Notes under the pieces: model-generated
Databases searched by the model: none
Seen by the model: the letters and a program-made list of their open reading frames with translations, nothing else
Told to the model about the DNA's origin: nothing
Source of the DNA: Clostridia bacterium
GTDB lineage: Bacteria > Bacillota > Clostridia > Christensenellales > Pumilibacteraceae
Direction: 5' to 3'
Assembly: GCA_017452405.1 (NCBI GenBank)
Contig: JAFTMM010000038.1
Coordinates: forward strand, 1-32,400
DNA length: 32,400 nucleotides
Translations under genes and position numbers: made by a program
Shown: positions 31,839 through 32,400 of the stretch, in pieces
Position numbering within the stretch: position 1 is the stretch's first letter
Layout of the letters: each line of letters opens with the position of its first letter

Positions 31839-32400
31839 ATGATTACCGTAATAGACTACGGCGCAGGCAACCTCCGCAGTGTGGTGAACGCGCTCAAAAT
31901 TTTAGGTGAGGATCCCCTCGTCAGTTCGGACGCAGACGTTATTGCAAAGGCAGATAAGCTTATTCTGCCCGGCGTCGGCGCTTTCGGCGAGTGCATGAAA
32001 AAACTCACCGCAAGCGGTATTGCAGACGCGGTTAAGGAAACGGCGAAAAAAGGCGTACCGCTTCTCGGCATTTGTCTTGGACTTCAGCTCCTTTTCGATT
32101 ACTCTACCGAGTTCGGTAAGCGTGAGGGCTTAGGACTGATTAGCGGAGGCGTGGAGAAACTCAGCGCAGGCGAGCTTAAGCTTCCGCACATAGCCTGGAC
32201 AAGCGTGGAGGTCAATCCCGACAGTAGGCTTTTAAAAGGTACGGAAAACGGAGAGTTCTTCTATTTTGTGCATAGCTACCGCGCTAAGGCGACTAACGAG
32301 GCGGACGAAGCCGCAACGGCTGTATACGGCGAACGGTTCACCGCGGCGGTGGAAAAGGACAATATCTTCGCCACGCAATTCCACCCCGAAAAAAGTGGCA
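31839..32400 (+). CDS. hisH: Imidazole glycerol phosphate synthase, glutamine amidotransferase subunit HisH (3'-truncated by the window edge)
   Basis: Absent from the ORF track because it is open at the right edge. Translation reads MITVIDYGAGNLRSVVNALKILGEDPLVSSDADVIAKADKLILPGVGAFGECM...GVPLLGICLGLQLLF...FYFVHSY...ATQFHPEKSG, which is the class-I GATase triad context of HisH. Confidence 0.92.
   Translation, partial: MITVIDYGAGNLRSVVNALKILGEDPLVSSDADVIAKADKLILPGVGAFGECMKKLTASGIADAVKETAKKGVPLLGICLGLQLLFDYSTEFGKREGLGLISGGVEKLSAGELKLPHIAWTSVEVNPDSRLLKGTENGEFFYFVHSYRAKATNEADEAATAVYGERFTAAVEKDNIFATQFHPEKSG

Noticed and set aside
1-32400. Scan for tRNA, rRNA or other structured RNA genes, CRISPR repeats, IS elements or transposases, integrases, phage genes and known defence-system genes
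   Set aside because: Every stretch longer than about 180 nt is occupied by a plausible CDS. I saw no regularly spaced direct repeats, no terminal inverted repeats and no recombinase-like ORF. The only accessory-looking element is the small TA islet.

Overview
Gene-dense chromosomal segment from an endospore-forming Firmicute, probably Clostridia-like, judged from a gerA-type germinant receptor operon, spoIIE, yabP-yabQ and divIC. I count 32 protein-coding genes. Two are missing from the ORF track because they run off the window edges: adhE on the minus strand (1..2527) and hisH on the plus strand (31839..32400). I saw no rRNA, tRNA, CRISPR array, transposase or integrase, and no intergenic gap exceeds about 180 bp.

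Gene order, left to right:
- adhE, rex and ilvB-ilvN, all on the minus strand
- an AT-rich islet with a yafQ/dinJ toxin-antitoxin pair and a divergent tandem-HTH regulator
- mgtE
- a tightly coupled five-gene operon: M20 amidohydrolase, polytopic membrane protein, TPR protein, HEAT-like protein, HD hydrolase
- holA, a membrane protein and an M28-like lipoprotein
- an NSS transporter
- cdaA, a DUF1015-like gene and lysC
- gerA-type A, B and C subunits
- spoIIE, a histidine phosphatase and trmL
- yabQ-yabP (minus strand), divergent from divIC and a Ppx/GppA-family gene
- a 67-aa ORF and hisH

Most notable observations:
1. Six transcription units have a sigma-A-type -10 hexamer (five also with a -35 hexamer at a 17-nt spacer) only 6-9 nt upstream of a start codon with no Shine-Dalgarno. 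This predicts leaderless mRNAs, including spoIIE, cdaA, holA, divIC and hisH.
2. The five-gene operon at 8885..14411 has three middle genes with no function I can recognise. It is the best candidate here for an undescribed system.
3. cdaA carries an extra N-terminal transmembrane segment and is translationally coupled to a DUF1015-like gene and lysC, instead of the usual cdaR-glmM.
4. The M28-like lipoprotein appears to have lost several catalytic and metal-binding residues.
5. The TA promoter contains TTGTAT-type repeats at helical spacing.

All calls come from reading the sequence and the ORF translations by eye. No database search was run.
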